Shown here: positions 8,978 to 17,520 of the stretch, piece after piece | Position numbering within the stretch: position 1 is the first letter of the stretch | How the letters are laid out: the number at the start of each line of letters is the position of its first letter | IMG/VR virus record: IMGVR_UViG_3300025782_000056 | Span: 1-26,853 of that record | Strand: one strand, 5' to 3' | DNA from: a virus | Lineage: Duplodnaviria; Caudoviricetes | Length of the DNA stretch: 26,853 nucleotides | Notes under the pieces: generated by a model | What the model saw: only the letters and a program-made list of their open reading frames with translations | What the model was told of the DNA's origin: nothing | Databases searched by the model: none | Position numbers and translations under genes: made by a program

Positions 8978-9604
8978 ATGACTCCAGTAACAACAGGTAG
9001 CCCATATATATTCGTTTACAATAATGCATTAGACAGCGCAAACTGCGACTTAATCAATGCATGGGTCGCTGGCTCAGACATGGCAACCAATACAGCTTAT
9101 GCTACTGCAAATGCTTGGGAACATGCTACTGCCACTGCTCAAGTTTCAGATTCTAATGTTAGACACTTAATTACTGAGTATAGAAACAATCTAGTCAACG
9201 TTGCCAATACTGCATTCGCAAACTCATTTTCTCCAGAATCTTCTATGTTACTATATTGGAGAAATAACAATTCAATGTATCTACATTCAGATGCAATTGA
9301 TATTGCTAATATTGCACCTGAACATGCGAATACTGTTCCAGTAAATTCATCAATCTTCATGAGAGAAGTTTCGTCAATAACATTCACAAATGATGGTTTC
9401 ACTGGTGGTGAAGTTTCAATTCAAGTTGCTCCACGTGGTGCTAATGTACAGACATATACAGTGACCCCAACAAAGGGAACAGTTGTCATGTTTGACAGCC
9501 ATTGTATGTTCTCTGTGAATACTGTGACTTCTGGCGCAAACAGCATGATCACTCTACCAATCTACTTCACAACAAACGCAAACGCTGTTGAAATTATAAC
9601 ATAA
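8978..9604 (+). CDS. 2OG-Fe(II) oxygenase-fold protein, probably catalytically degenerate
   Basis: Aligns with the next gene (YWR...HSD...TFTNDGFTGGE...PTKGTVV) but lacks the distal His and the 2OG-binding Arg; N/A/T/S-rich. Confidence 0.7.
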   Translation: MTPVTTGSPYIFVYNNALDSANCDLINAWVAGSDMATNTAYATANAWEHATATAQVSDSNVRHLITEYRNNLVNVANTAFANSFSPESSMLLYWRNNNSMYLHSDAIDIANIAPEHANTVPVNSSIFMREVSSITFTNDGFTGGEVSIQVAPRGANVQTYTVTPTKGTVVMFDSHCMFSVNTVTSGANSMITLPIYFTTNANAVEIIT

Positions 9605-9614
9605 GAAAATAATA

Positions 9615-10268
9615 ATGATACAGGTGGATACTGGAATTGATTTAATTTATCGATTCGATCAAATTCTAGATGATAGTTTATGCGATGAGATAGTAGAACA
9701 CATTAAAACAAAAACTGATCTACTATCTTATCATAATGATCCTGCTAATGTAGATAAAGATCCATTCTCATACGACTATCAATTAGAAAAGTATCCTGAA
9801 GATCTTAAAAAAAGAATTGCAGAATACAGAGACAATCTAGCCTCCGTTGTTTCAGAGTGTTACAAAGAAACAAACTATCCAGAATCTTTAAATACTGTTT
9901 ACTGGAGAAAAGGCACATCTATGGACTGGCATCCAGATATTCTTAGTCAAGAGATGATGTCAGAAGAACAAATAAAAGCCCATAAATCAAATTCGTCAAT
10001 ACTGACTGGAAATGTAACAGCTATAACGTATTTGAATGACGATTATGTCGGCGGTGAAACTATCATTGCTGAAGGAAAATGGAAATCTCCTTTTATCTCA
10101 AATACAAAAACATATTTGAGCAAACCAAAAAAGGGTTCAGTTGTTTTATATTTCTCAGGCTGCTTTCATCGTGTTAATGAGATACAAGAAGGCGATAGGT
10201 TCACAATATCAATGTTCTTCACTAAAGAATTTGAATATTCTTATGAAGGAAGAAAGTTAACATTTTAA
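9615..10268 (+). CDS. 2OG-Fe(II) oxygenase (prolyl-4-hydroxylase-like)
   Basis: WHPD, YLNDDYVGGE, PKKGSVV, FHRV, GDRFT: complete HxD...H...R. Confidence 0.85.
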   Translation: MIQVDTGIDLIYRFDQILDDSLCDEIVEHIKTKTDLLSYHNDPANVDKDPFSYDYQLEKYPEDLKKRIAEYRDNLASVVSECYKETNYPESLNTVYWRKGTSMDWHPDILSQEMMSEEQIKAHKSNSSILTGNVTAITYLNDDYVGGETIIAEGKWKSPFISNTKTYLSKPKKGSVVLYFSGCFHRVNEIQEGDRFTISMFFTKEFEYSYEGRKLTF

Positions 10269-10269
10269 T

Positions 10270-11028
10270 ATGATCATACACAAAGAAAAAAAGATTGGAT
10301 TATTTTTTAATCCAAAAGTTGCGTCAGTGACAACTATGAGAATCTTCACAGAAGTCGCAATGACTAAAACTCTTCCAATTACTCTGTATAGAAATAATTT
10401 TAAACCAACAGATCCATCAACATGGGTTCCTGATCATGTGACTTATGACACATTCTATCAAACCCATGGTCAATACATTGAAGACATACAAGATTATAAA
10501 TTTTATTGTTTTTTTAGAAATCCTATTCAGAGATTAATCTCAGCTTATAGATATTATAAAAGACATTATTATTTCTCGTTCTTAGGTTTTTTTTATGGAT
10601 ACAATAATGCTGACACTTATGAGGCTTATGATTATAATGAAGTCCAAAGAGTCGGATATGATAAATTGCCACAACGTTTAAAAGATAAAATTGAAACAAT
10701 AACTCTAGATGATTTCATTAAGAGTAATTACTTCACTATTGATATACATAATGTAATTGGTCCTGTGGTTATTTTTAGACCTCAAACTGATTGGCTCGAT
10801 CATCCGCAAGTTGAGTTGTTAGATTATAGATGGTATGAAAACGAATTAAGAAGATTTATTGTAATGCTCGGCTCGAGATATGATGGAAGAGTCTGGGTTA
10901 TGAATGATAGTGTAAAATTACAGAACGACTCTAAAGATGAAATTCTCACAAAAGAAAGTGAAAACATAATAAGAAAATATTATGAAAAAGATTTTACTTT
11001 TTTTGAGAATAAAGGTATAATATTCTAA
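10270..11028 (+). CDS. Sulfotransferase family 2-like protein
   Basis: FFNPKVASVT (5'-PSB-like), FFRNPIQRLISAY (3'-PB), PQTDWL, YEKDF. Confidence 0.75.
   Translation: MIIHKEKKIGLFFNPKVASVTTMRIFTEVAMTKTLPITLYRNNFKPTDPSTWVPDHVTYDTFYQTHGQYIEDIQDYKFYCFFRNPIQRLISAYRYYKRHYYFSFLGFFYGYNNADTYEAYDYNEVQRVGYDKLPQRLKDKIETITLDDFIKSNYFTIDIHNVIGPVVIFRPQTDWLDHPQVELLDYRWYENELRRFIVMLGSRYDGRVWVMNDSVKLQNDSKDEILTKESENIIRKYYEKDFTFFENKGIIF
10993..11021 (+). promoter_or_regulatory. Putative early sigma70-type promoter
   Basis: TTTACT(10993-10998), 17 bp, TATAAT(11016-11021), just upstream of a run of small genes. Confidence 0.6.
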
Positions 11029-11046
11029 TTATTAAATGGAGCTGTT

Positions 11047-11256
11047 ATGGTTAATGAATTTAATCGTGAAGTTGAAATGAAAAAGAGCAATGACTTTGAA
11101 GTAATGCCGCTCGGCACAATCGAAGAAGTTACAGCAATGCGCAAGTTGTCTAATGAACTTATTGCTGCACAATCTCATCAACAGATCTTAGAAATTATCA
11201 ATAAGATTCGTCAGTTCTACGCATATCACGTGGAAAAGTATCCAGTGATTTTATGA
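11047..11256 (+). CDS. Hypothetical protein
   Basis: GGAG RBS; 69 aa. Confidence 0.65.
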   Translation: MVNEFNREVEMKKSNDFEVMPLGTIEEVTAMRKLSNELIAAQSHQQILEIINKIRQFYAYHVEKYPVIL

Positions 11257-11696
11257 AAAAGTGCCCATACCCTGATTGCTGCATAGATGAGAATACTTGC
11301 CCTAATGAGTATAAAGAAGTTTGTATTCATATGGCTGAAAATAATTTAGGAAATCCTAAATCTAAAGAAGATGTTCTCCAAAGACTTAATGATATTGGAG
11401 AAAAACTGCAAGAAGCAGTTGAAGCTCGAAGACAAGAAATGGATGCATGGTGGGAACAACTACCATACGATGATAAGCTGCGAGCATTCTATTCAGTTGT
11501 TAAACGAATCTATGAGGGTGATGTAGTAGATCGAAGAAGTTATCGCGGAGTATTGTATGGTACGTTCAATTTTGAAGCAGATTCGTACGGTATTGGGATG
11601 GAATGCAACTACCTCGACCTCCATAACGTCATCTTCTCAGGACTTGAAAACGAAGAAAAAACCAACTCAAAGGAAAAGAGTAATGAAACAGAGTGA
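11253..11696 (+). CDS. Hypothetical protein
   Basis: ATGA-coupled ORF with Cys-rich N-terminus and RSYRGVLYGTFNF motif; start uncertain. Confidence 0.65.
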   Translation: MKKCPYPDCCIDENTCPNEYKEVCIHMAENNLGNPKSKEDVLQRLNDIGEKLQEAVEARRQEMDAWWEQLPYDDKLRAFYSVVKRIYEGDVVDRRSYRGVLYGTFNFEADSYGIGMECNYLDLHNVIFSGLENEEKTNSKEKSNETE

Positions 11697-11967
11697 TCGC
11701 ATTGCTGCATTAGAGGCAGCTGTTAAAGAACTACAAGAACAAGTCGCTTCTTTAAGAAGCGGTGCTCCTGTTGCAGCAACAAATGCTGCTGCTCCAGCAA
11801 CCACATTGACTGGCAAGTATGGTCTACAAATTATGGTTGATGAAGATGAATGGGAATGGTATAGTGACTTAACGTCAGGAAATAAGAATCTATTTGATAC
11901 TCAAGAAGAAGCTGATAGCTTCGGCAAACAAAGATGGAAATTCTACAGAGTTGTTAAATTAGGATAA
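11683..11967 (+). CDS. Hypothetical protein with N-terminal coiled coil
   Basis: MKQSDRIAALEAAVKELQEQVASLR followed by an Ala/Pro/Thr linker; ATG 11683 preferred over the track start. Confidence 0.65.
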   Translation: MKQSDRIAALEAAVKELQEQVASLRSGAPVAATNAAAPATTLTGKYGLQIMVDEDEWEWYSDLTSGNKNLFDTQEEADSFGKQRWKFYRVVKLG

Positions 11968-11970
11968 GTC

Positions 11971-12174
11971 ATGCGTTACGAATTTAGAATTTTAATTGAT
12001 GATGAGACTCTTAAAGAACATTTACAATACAGAGAAGTGAGTGTGTTTATAGATTCTTTTTTTCAAACTGAACAAACAGTTCCGATGAGTAATTGGAAAA
12101 CTGTTCCTAGAGTGATAGGTGCTTCACCGCAAGCTGATTATGTGCCATTTGGACAAGTTGAGGATAAAAAGTGA
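11971..12174 (+). CDS. Hypothetical protein
   Basis: AGGA RBS; 67 aa. Confidence 0.6.
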   Translation: MRYEFRILIDDETLKEHLQYREVSVFIDSFFQTEQTVPMSNWKTVPRVIGASPQADYVPFGQVEDKK

Positions 12175-13016
12175 AACCTGTATTCACATCACACAATATC
12201 AGATTAGATGACGGCACATATACTCGCCCTGATGCACCTGAAGGATTCTTCGCTCAAGGATCACATGCTGATCTATTGTACTGGAGCGAATCAGTAAAGA
12301 ATATGTTAAACTTAATTTATCCACAAAAGAACAAGTCTAAGATTAGTCTTGTTGATCTTGGATGTTTAGAGGGCGCATATTCTGTTGAGTTTGCTCGCAT
12401 GGGCTTTAATGTAACAGGAATGGAAGTTCGCGACTCTAATTTTGCATGTTGTCAATATGTTAAAGATAATTGCAATCTTCCTAATCTAAAATTTGTACAA
12501 GATAACGTACAGAACATTTCTAATTACGATGCATTTGACATTAGCTATTGTTCTGGATTATTATATCATTTACACAATCCTCGTGAGTTTTTAGAGAAAC
12601 TTGCAGGAAAGACAAAGAAAGTATTAATCTTACAAACACACTTCTCATTAGAGAATCTGGATCCAAAAGGATTCTATAATAGTGCTTTGTCGCAGAATAC
12701 TTTCCATGAGGGATTATTCGGTCGATGGTTTAGCGATCGTCCTGAAAATCTAACAAAGGAACAACTTGATGAAGCACGTTGGGCTTCTTTTGATCAATCT
12801 AAGTCATTTTGGATTGATAAGAATGATCTGGTTGCTTTATTAAAGATGCTCGGGTTTAATACTGTATTAGAACAGTATGATCATTTTGAAGAACAAGTGA
12901 AGACTAAGAGAAGCTCTCAGTGTCACATGGAATTCAATTCTAAGAACATTTCTGAATTTTTGAGAAACGAATATCCACGTTACATGCGTGGAACATTTTA
13001 TGCTGTAAGGAGTTAA
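12171..13016 (+). CDS. Class I SAM-dependent methyltransferase
   Basis: VDLGCLEG motif I, VTGMEVR, FDISYCSGLLYHLHNP. Confidence 0.85.
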   Translation: MKPVFTSHNIRLDDGTYTRPDAPEGFFAQGSHADLLYWSESVKNMLNLIYPQKNKSKISLVDLGCLEGAYSVEFARMGFNVTGMEVRDSNFACCQYVKDNCNLPNLKFVQDNVQNISNYDAFDISYCSGLLYHLHNPREFLEKLAGKTKKVLILQTHFSLENLDPKGFYNSALSQNTFHEGLFGRWFSDRPENLTKEQLDEARWASFDQSKSFWIDKNDLVALLKMLGFNTVLEQYDHFEEQVKTKRSSQCHMEFNSKNISEFLRNEYPRYMRGTFYAVRS

Positions 13017-13018
13017 TT

Positions 13019-13561
13019 ATGAGCGATTTAGAAGGTAAGAAAGTCCCACAGAATGTGGTGTTTAAGACTCGTGTTCGTGATGAGTCGATTGGTGGTCCAA
13101 ACCCATACCGTTGGGAAGATGTAAAGAGCAAAGACTTGTTTAAGCGCAAGAGAGTTGTATTATTCTCACTTCCAGGTGCTTTTACTCCAACATGCTCAAC
13201 TTATCAACTACCAGATTATGAGAAGTTGTTCCCAGAGTTTCAAGCATGCGGTATTAAAGATATCTACTGCTTGTCTGTTAATGATGCTTTCGTTATGAAT
13301 GCATGGGCAAAAAGCCAAAATCTTGAGAATGTTAAAGTTATTCCAGACGGCAGCGGAGTTTTCACTAAGAAGATGAAGATGCTTGTTAAGAAAGATAATC
13401 TTGGCTTTGGTGCACGCTCATGGCGTTATGCTGCTGTTGTTAAGAATGGCGTTATCGAAAAGATGTTCGTTGAGCCAGGATTTGAAGACAACTGCGCAAC
13501 TGACCCATACGGTGAGTCAAGCCCACAAACTGTTCTTGAATGGTTGAAGAAGAATAGTTAA
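13019..13561 (+). CDS. Peroxiredoxin (Prx5/type II)
   Basis: FSLPGAFTPTCS active site, SVNDAFVMNAW, RSWRYA. Confidence 0.93.
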   Translation: MSDLEGKKVPQNVVFKTRVRDESIGGPNPYRWEDVKSKDLFKRKRVVLFSLPGAFTPTCSTYQLPDYEKLFPEFQACGIKDIYCLSVNDAFVMNAWAKSQNLENVKVIPDGSGVFTKKMKMLVKKDNLGFGARSWRYAAVVKNGVIEKMFVEPGFEDNCATDPYGESSPQTVLEWLKKNS

Positions 13562-13764
13562 TGGGATCTGAATTAAAATTAGCAAGAATGCTTCTAGACG
13601 TCTGCGATGATATTAAAAGTTCACCAGACGATCTAGAAGATAAACTGGCACAATTCCTCGCCATCTTCAAATTGTTGATTGAGAACGATCACGTTGATGG
13701 TGAGGAGATTATGAGACTCTCGGAAAGGAAAATAAAAGCACTCGAAAAGAAGCTCAAACTGTAA
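13561..13764 (+). CDS. Hypothetical protein
   Basis: TAATG-coupled ORF, 67 aa, helical. Confidence 0.6.
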   Translation: MGSELKLARMLLDVCDDIKSSPDDLEDKLAQFLAIFKLLIENDHVDGEEIMRLSERKIKALEKKLKL

Positions 13765-13767
13765 CTG

Positions 13768-13827
13768 CAAGTCATTGATTTGATTAGATTTATTTGAATT
13801 GCCTTTTCCCGACTGAAATAGTATAAT
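13768..13827 (+). promoter_or_regulatory. Early sigma70 promoter with upstream IHF-consensus site
   Basis: CAAGTCATTGATT(13768-13780; YAANNNNTTGATW), TTGCCT(13799-13804), 17 bp, TATAAT(13822-13827). Confidence 0.75.
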
Positions 13828-13851
13828 AGTTCTATAAGTTGGGAGATCGCT

Positions 13852-14619
13852 ATGAACCTGTTGAATATTGACGCAAATGCTAAGACTGTAAAGGGTCAAA
13901 AGAAGGGTTACATGACCGCCATTTTATATTTGGCGCCATGGAAGTTGTCAGGTTATCAAGTCTGTCCGATGGCAGAGATCGCTGGCTGTGTCGGCGATTG
14001 TCTTAATACCGCTGGTCGCGGTGGCATGGCTCGTGCTGATGCTGATACTGTGACTATTGACGGTCATACTGTAAAATTAAATGCCATTCAAAAAGCGCGA
14101 ATTGCTCGCACTCGCATGTTCTTCGAGAATCGCTCTGGCTTCATGCATCAATTAGTCAAAGAGATCGAAGCTGCTTACATCAAAGCGCAAAAGAAAGGTC
14201 TCACTCTCGTTGTTCGATTGAATGGCACTTCCGACATTCGTTGGGAAGATGTCAAAGTCTATCCTGAGACTTCAGATAAAAACATCTTCGATGTTTTCGA
14301 ACATATTTTCTTCTATGACTACACGAAGATCGCGAATCGTCGCGTCAAGCATATTGACAACTATCACCTGACATTCTCTGTGTCCGCTCGCAAGGAATTC
14401 TATCCTTTCTGGCTGAAAGCGCAGGAGAACTATGGTCGCGGCATGAATTATGCCGTGGTGTTCAAAGGCAAGACTTTGCCGACTGGTTATGATGGCTATC
14501 CTGTCATCAATGGTGATTCCACGGACTTGAGGTTTTTAGACCCTAGAGGAGTAGTCGTTGGTTTGAAAGCGAAAGGTCGCGCTAAGAAGTCCGATTCAGG
14601 TTTTGCGGTGGCTGCATAA
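13852..14619 (+). CDS. Gp88-like Cys-motif protein (possible radical-SAM-like Fe-S fold)
   Basis: CPMAEIAGCVGDCLNTAGRG, RLNGTSDI, FYDYTK, DLRFLDP, VGLKAKG; GGGAG RBS. Confidence 0.55.
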   Translation: MNLLNIDANAKTVKGQKKGYMTAILYLAPWKLSGYQVCPMAEIAGCVGDCLNTAGRGGMARADADTVTIDGHTVKLNAIQKARIARTRMFFENRSGFMHQLVKEIEAAYIKAQKKGLTLVVRLNGTSDIRWEDVKVYPETSDKNIFDVFEHIFFYDYTKIANRRVKHIDNYHLTFSVSARKEFYPFWLKAQENYGRGMNYAVVFKGKTLPTGYDGYPVINGDSTDLRFLDPRGVVVGLKAKGRAKKSDSGFAVAA

Positions 14620-14623
14620 TGAC

Positions 14624-14652
14624 TTTACTTTTACAATTGAGTGGAGTATAAT
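14624..14652 (+). promoter_or_regulatory. Early sigma70 promoter, probably producing a leaderless mRNA
   Basis: TTTACT(14624-14629), 17 bp, TATAAT(14647-14652); ATG follows after 6 nt. Confidence 0.65.
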
Positions 14653-14658
14653 AGTCTT

Positions 14659-14997
14659 ATGATCGTTGTAAAAGAAATTACAGTTTGGAATATGGAGGGT
14701 AAACAGCCCAACCATGTCTATTTGCTTGACGGCGACAGAGTTGTCGCCTATCAGAAATGGGGCGAGGGTGAGCCGATATACTCTAAACACCGAGCACGTA
14801 TAGACAAACGATATCGCAAATTCGTTGAGATTAAGAATCATCCGTTTAAGATTGAAGAAACCAAAAGCAATCTGATTAAGATTACAGGCAGCAAAGGCAA
14901 CACATATTTCGTTGACCCTGATAAGAAAACCTGTACTTGCTCTGGCTTTCAGTTTAGACGTAGGTGTAAACATGTTGAACAGGCATTAGCATCGTGA
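14659..14997 (+). CDS. SWIM zinc-finger protein
   Basis: GSKGNTYFV...TCTCSGFQFRRRCKHV (CxC...CxH). Confidence 0.8.
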   Translation: MIVVKEITVWNMEGKQPNHVYLLDGDRVVAYQKWGEGEPIYSKHRARIDKRYRKFVEIKNHPFKIEETKSNLIKITGSKGNTYFVDPDKKTCTCSGFQFRRRCKHVEQALAS

Positions 14998-15182
14998 GTA
15001 ATCCCAAAGCTGAACAGGTTTTAAAATTGTTGGGCGAGTACAAAAAACTATTGAGTACACTTGGTTCATACAAATCTGAAGAAGATGCAACTGAGACTTT
15101 AAAAAAGATGGAAGATATTGTCCATAAAATTGAAGAATTATCAGATAAAGGAAATAGAGATGTCAGTAGTAACATTACCTGA
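14994..15182 (+). CDS. Hypothetical protein
   Basis: GTGA-coupled ORF, coiled-coil-like. Confidence 0.5.
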   Translation: MSNPKAEQVLKLLGEYKKLLSTLGSYKSEEDATETLKKMEDIVHKIEELSDKGNRDVSSNIT

Positions 15183-15333
15183 ACATAGGAATTTAGAATC
15201 AAAACTGCTTTCAGTTATGAATCAATTGACTGTAGTTGAGAATCGAGTAAAAGAACTGGAAGATTTTATAAAGACACAACCAAAGATTGTTCATAAAGAT
15301 CAACAGTTACCTGAGTTTCTAAAGAATGACTGA
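15160..15333 (+). CDS. Hypothetical protein
   Basis: AAGGA RBS before ATG 15160. Confidence 0.55.
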   Translation: MSVVTLPEHRNLESKLLSVMNQLTVVENRVKELEDFIKTQPKIVHKDQQLPEFLKND

Positions 15334-15493
15334 GGAGCAAGTAGCACAGTTACATGCTAAGATGATGGAGATCTTTGGTGAGAACATGGCAAATCCTGAT
15401 CATGAACCAATTAGATTTGATTATCAGATTAAATTTGCAATGTATAAACTTGGATGGAGAATAGAGAAAAATGTTCATAAACCCCAACCCTGA
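15326..15493 (+). CDS. Hypothetical protein (55 aa), not in ORF track
   Basis: MTEEQVAQLHAKMMEIFGENMANPDHEPIRFDYQIK... fills the gap between neighbours. Confidence 0.6.
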   Translation: MTEEQVAQLHAKMMEIFGENMANPDHEPIRFDYQIKFAMYKLGWRIEKNVHKPQP

Positions 15494-15689
15494 TTGTCAA
15501 GATGAGTGTTCCTTCGCAGAAGGTGTGAAATCGAAAACAATGGTGAATTATCCTCCACGTTATGATAAACATGGGAATAATACTAATCCTGATCGTAACT
15601 GGACATCTTACAGCGTGTCTTGTCATAAATGCAATACGACTTGGAACGTAAAAACAAATGGCGATTTTACTGAGATCAATAAAGTATGA
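15471..15689 (+). CDS. Small putative zinc-ribbon protein
   Basis: CQDEC...CHKC; GGAG RBS. Confidence 0.6.
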   Translation: MFINPNPDCQDECSFAEGVKSKTMVNYPPRYDKHGNNTNPDRNWTSYSVSCHKCNTTWNVKTNGDFTEINKV

Positions 15690-15934
15690 ACGAACGAATT
15701 AAACAACTTGCTGAACAGGCTAGACAAGAATTTTTAGAACTACCAACTGGATATACACCTGAGCAAGTTGGAATGTATCCACAGTTGATGCAAAAGTTCG
15801 CCGAGTTGATTGTTCAGGAATGTGCTCAAGCGTTTGAAGCAGAAGTAGATACTTGGAAAGAAATGGATCCATATCAAGGCAGTATGAAACGCAAGGGCAC
15901 ACAAGCGATTAAACAACATTTCGGAGTTGAATAA
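15686..15934 (+). CDS. MNERI-family mini-protein, copy 1
   Basis: MNERIKQLAEQA...KFAELIVQEC...HFGVE. Confidence 0.8.
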   Translation: MNERIKQLAEQARQEFLELPTGYTPEQVGMYPQLMQKFAELIVQECAQAFEAEVDTWKEMDPYQGSMKRKGTQAIKQHFGVE

Positions 15935-16155
15935 TGAACGAACGAATCGCAAAACTATATGACCAAGCAACCATTTTAGAAGGCAATGGCGACTACGTGG
16001 CAGGTGAGTTGGATCCTGTAAAGTTTGCCGAGTTGATTGTTAGGGAGTGTGCTAATCAATGTGACTTATTGTTGGATCATAAAATAAGTTCAGAATGGGC
16101 AAGAGGGACACATGATTGCTCAAAAGCGATTAAGAAACATTTCGGAGTTGAATGA
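15934..16155 (+). CDS. MNERI-family mini-protein, copy 2
   Basis: MNERI...KFAELIVREC...KHFGVE. Confidence 0.8.
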   Translation: MNERIAKLYDQATILEGNGDYVAGELDPVKFAELIVRECANQCDLLLDHKISSEWARGTHDCSKAIKKHFGVE

Positions 16156-16367
16156 TGACCAATCAAGAACTTGTTGATACACTGAACACAGCCAGTGAAA
16201 GTGCTGGTGGCAATATTGCCCTGTCCATGCTGTTGAAAATTGCCGCAGACCGTATTCTAGAATTGGATGACCGATGTGATGAATTGGCCGCAGACAAAGG
16301 TACTTATTTTAGGTTATATGAAGCATTGTGTATTAAAGTTGAATCAGACAAGAGGGCAAAAGAATGA
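16152..16367 (+). CDS. Hypothetical protein interleaved in the array
   Basis: Starts directly after block C and ends overlapping block A; AADRILEL helical motif. Confidence 0.65.
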   Translation: MMTNQELVDTLNTASESAGGNIALSMLLKIAADRILELDDRCDELAADKGTYFRLYEALCIKVESDKRAKE

Positions 16368-16624
16368 ACGAACGAATTAAACAACTTGCTGAACAGGCTG
16401 GATCGACCCATAAACAAAATCTTGGTGTCTATCAATTCTTTACAGACGAATTAGAAAAGTTCGCCCAGTTGATTGTGAAAGAATGTATCAACGAGATTGC
16501 CTACATTGGAAAAGCAAATGAAGTATTTGGTGATAGAACCGATAGGGGTGGTTTGAATCATATACTTTGGACTACTGAAACAGCGATTGAGAAGATTAAA
16601 GAACATTTCGGAGTTGAAGAATGA
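16364..16624 (+). CDS. MNERI-family mini-protein, copy 3
   Basis: MNERIKQLAEQAG...KFAQLIVKEC...HFGVEE. Confidence 0.8.
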   Translation: MNERIKQLAEQAGSTHKQNLGVYQFFTDELEKFAQLIVKECINEIAYIGKANEVFGDRTDRGGLNHILWTTETAIEKIKEHFGVEE

Positions 16625-16710
16625 AAGAAAAATTTGGTCCATATTTTCTAGATATTTTAATAACAATATGTATTGTTTATGATATTGTATATTTTACTTT
16701 TTGGAGTTGA
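16621..16710 (+). CDS. Small hydrophobic peptide (29 aa) in the array
   Basis: MKEKFGPYFLDILITICIVYDIVYFTFWS, using the GGAG of block C as RBS. Confidence 0.5.
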   Translation: MKEKFGPYFLDILITICIVYDIVYFTFWS

Positions 16711-16713
16711 ACA

Positions 16714-16962
16714 ATGAACGAACGAATTAGAGAACTTGCTAAAAAGGCTGGATTCAGTACTGAATTGTCAGAAGCAATGGCAACACGTCATAATACAACA
16801 TCGGCATTTGAAAAGTTCGCCGAGTTGATTGTGAAGGAATGTATCAGTCGAATTGAAGGATGTGCAGTTGAAACAAGCCCTGATGATTTTGTAAAAGGAT
16901 ACAACAAAGGTGTTAGCAAAGTATCCAGTCAGGTTAAACAGTATTTCGGAGTTGAAAAATGA
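16714..16962 (+). CDS. MNERI-family mini-protein, copy 4
   Basis: MNERIRELAKKAG...KFAELIVKEC...YFGVEK. Confidence 0.8.
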   Translation: MNERIRELAKKAGFSTELSEAMATRHNTTSAFEKFAELIVKECISRIEGCAVETSPDDFVKGYNKGVSKVSSQVKQYFGVEK

Positions 16963-17225
16963 GTTTGACTATCCATCATTTTAATCGTAACGGCGAAAAA
17001 TTAATTGATTGTAAGAATGTTTACGAAACTGATGAAAAATTCTTTCAGGATAACAATATTAAAGTTTCTGTGGAAGAACTAAGTGGGGACATCATTGTAT
17101 ATGGCTGTCCCTACTCTGATGAATCTGAAGAATCAGAAGTTATTGTGTTTGCTGGAAACAAGCCTTTTGAAGATACATTGAGTGAACTTGTAATATTGTG
17201 CCGAAAACATTTTGGAGTTAAATGA
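16959..17225 (+). CDS. Hypothetical protein ending in block C (KHFGVK)
   Basis: Unrelated body flanked on both sides by block C. Confidence 0.65.
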   Translation: MSLTIHHFNRNGEKLIDCKNVYETDEKFFQDNNIKVSVEELSGDIIVYGCPYSDESEESEVIVFAGNKPFEDTLSELVILCRKHFGVK

Positions 17226-17431
17226 TGAACGAACGAATCAAGGAATTGTATATTGAGACATCAAATGAAACCGCTGACGGTAAAGAGTGGGCGATTGGCG
17301 GCATGAAAAATGCTGAGAAATTCGCCGAGTTGATTGTGAAAGAATGTGCTTATATTATGGACAAGGATGCTGATCATCCATTTGTTAGCCGTGGTAGTAT
17401 TTTGAAGCATCATTTCGGAGTTGAAGAATGA
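17222..17431 (+). CDS. MNERI-family mini-protein, copy 5
   Basis: MNERIKEL...KFAELIVKEC...HHFGVEE. Confidence 0.8.
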   Translation: MMNERIKELYIETSNETADGKEWAIGGMKNAEKFAELIVKECAYIMDKDADHPFVSRGSILKHHFGVEE

Positions 17432-17520
17432 TGTGGTATTACCTTAATATCCTATTATATTGTGTTTTTTTATTATGTGGCTTTGCGTTATTATGGGCTA
17501 CTTGGAGAAATCAGAAATGA
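17428..17520 (+). CDS. Small membrane peptide (30 aa) in the array
   Basis: MMWYYLNILLYCVFLLCGFALLWATWRNQK, ATGA-coupled at both ends. Confidence 0.55.
   Translation: MMWYYLNILLYCVFLLCGFALLWATWRNQK

Noticed and set aside
17460-17516. N-terminal extension of copy 6 given in the track
   Set aside because: The family start is ATG 17517, and the upstream sequence encodes peptide 17428-17520 in another frame.
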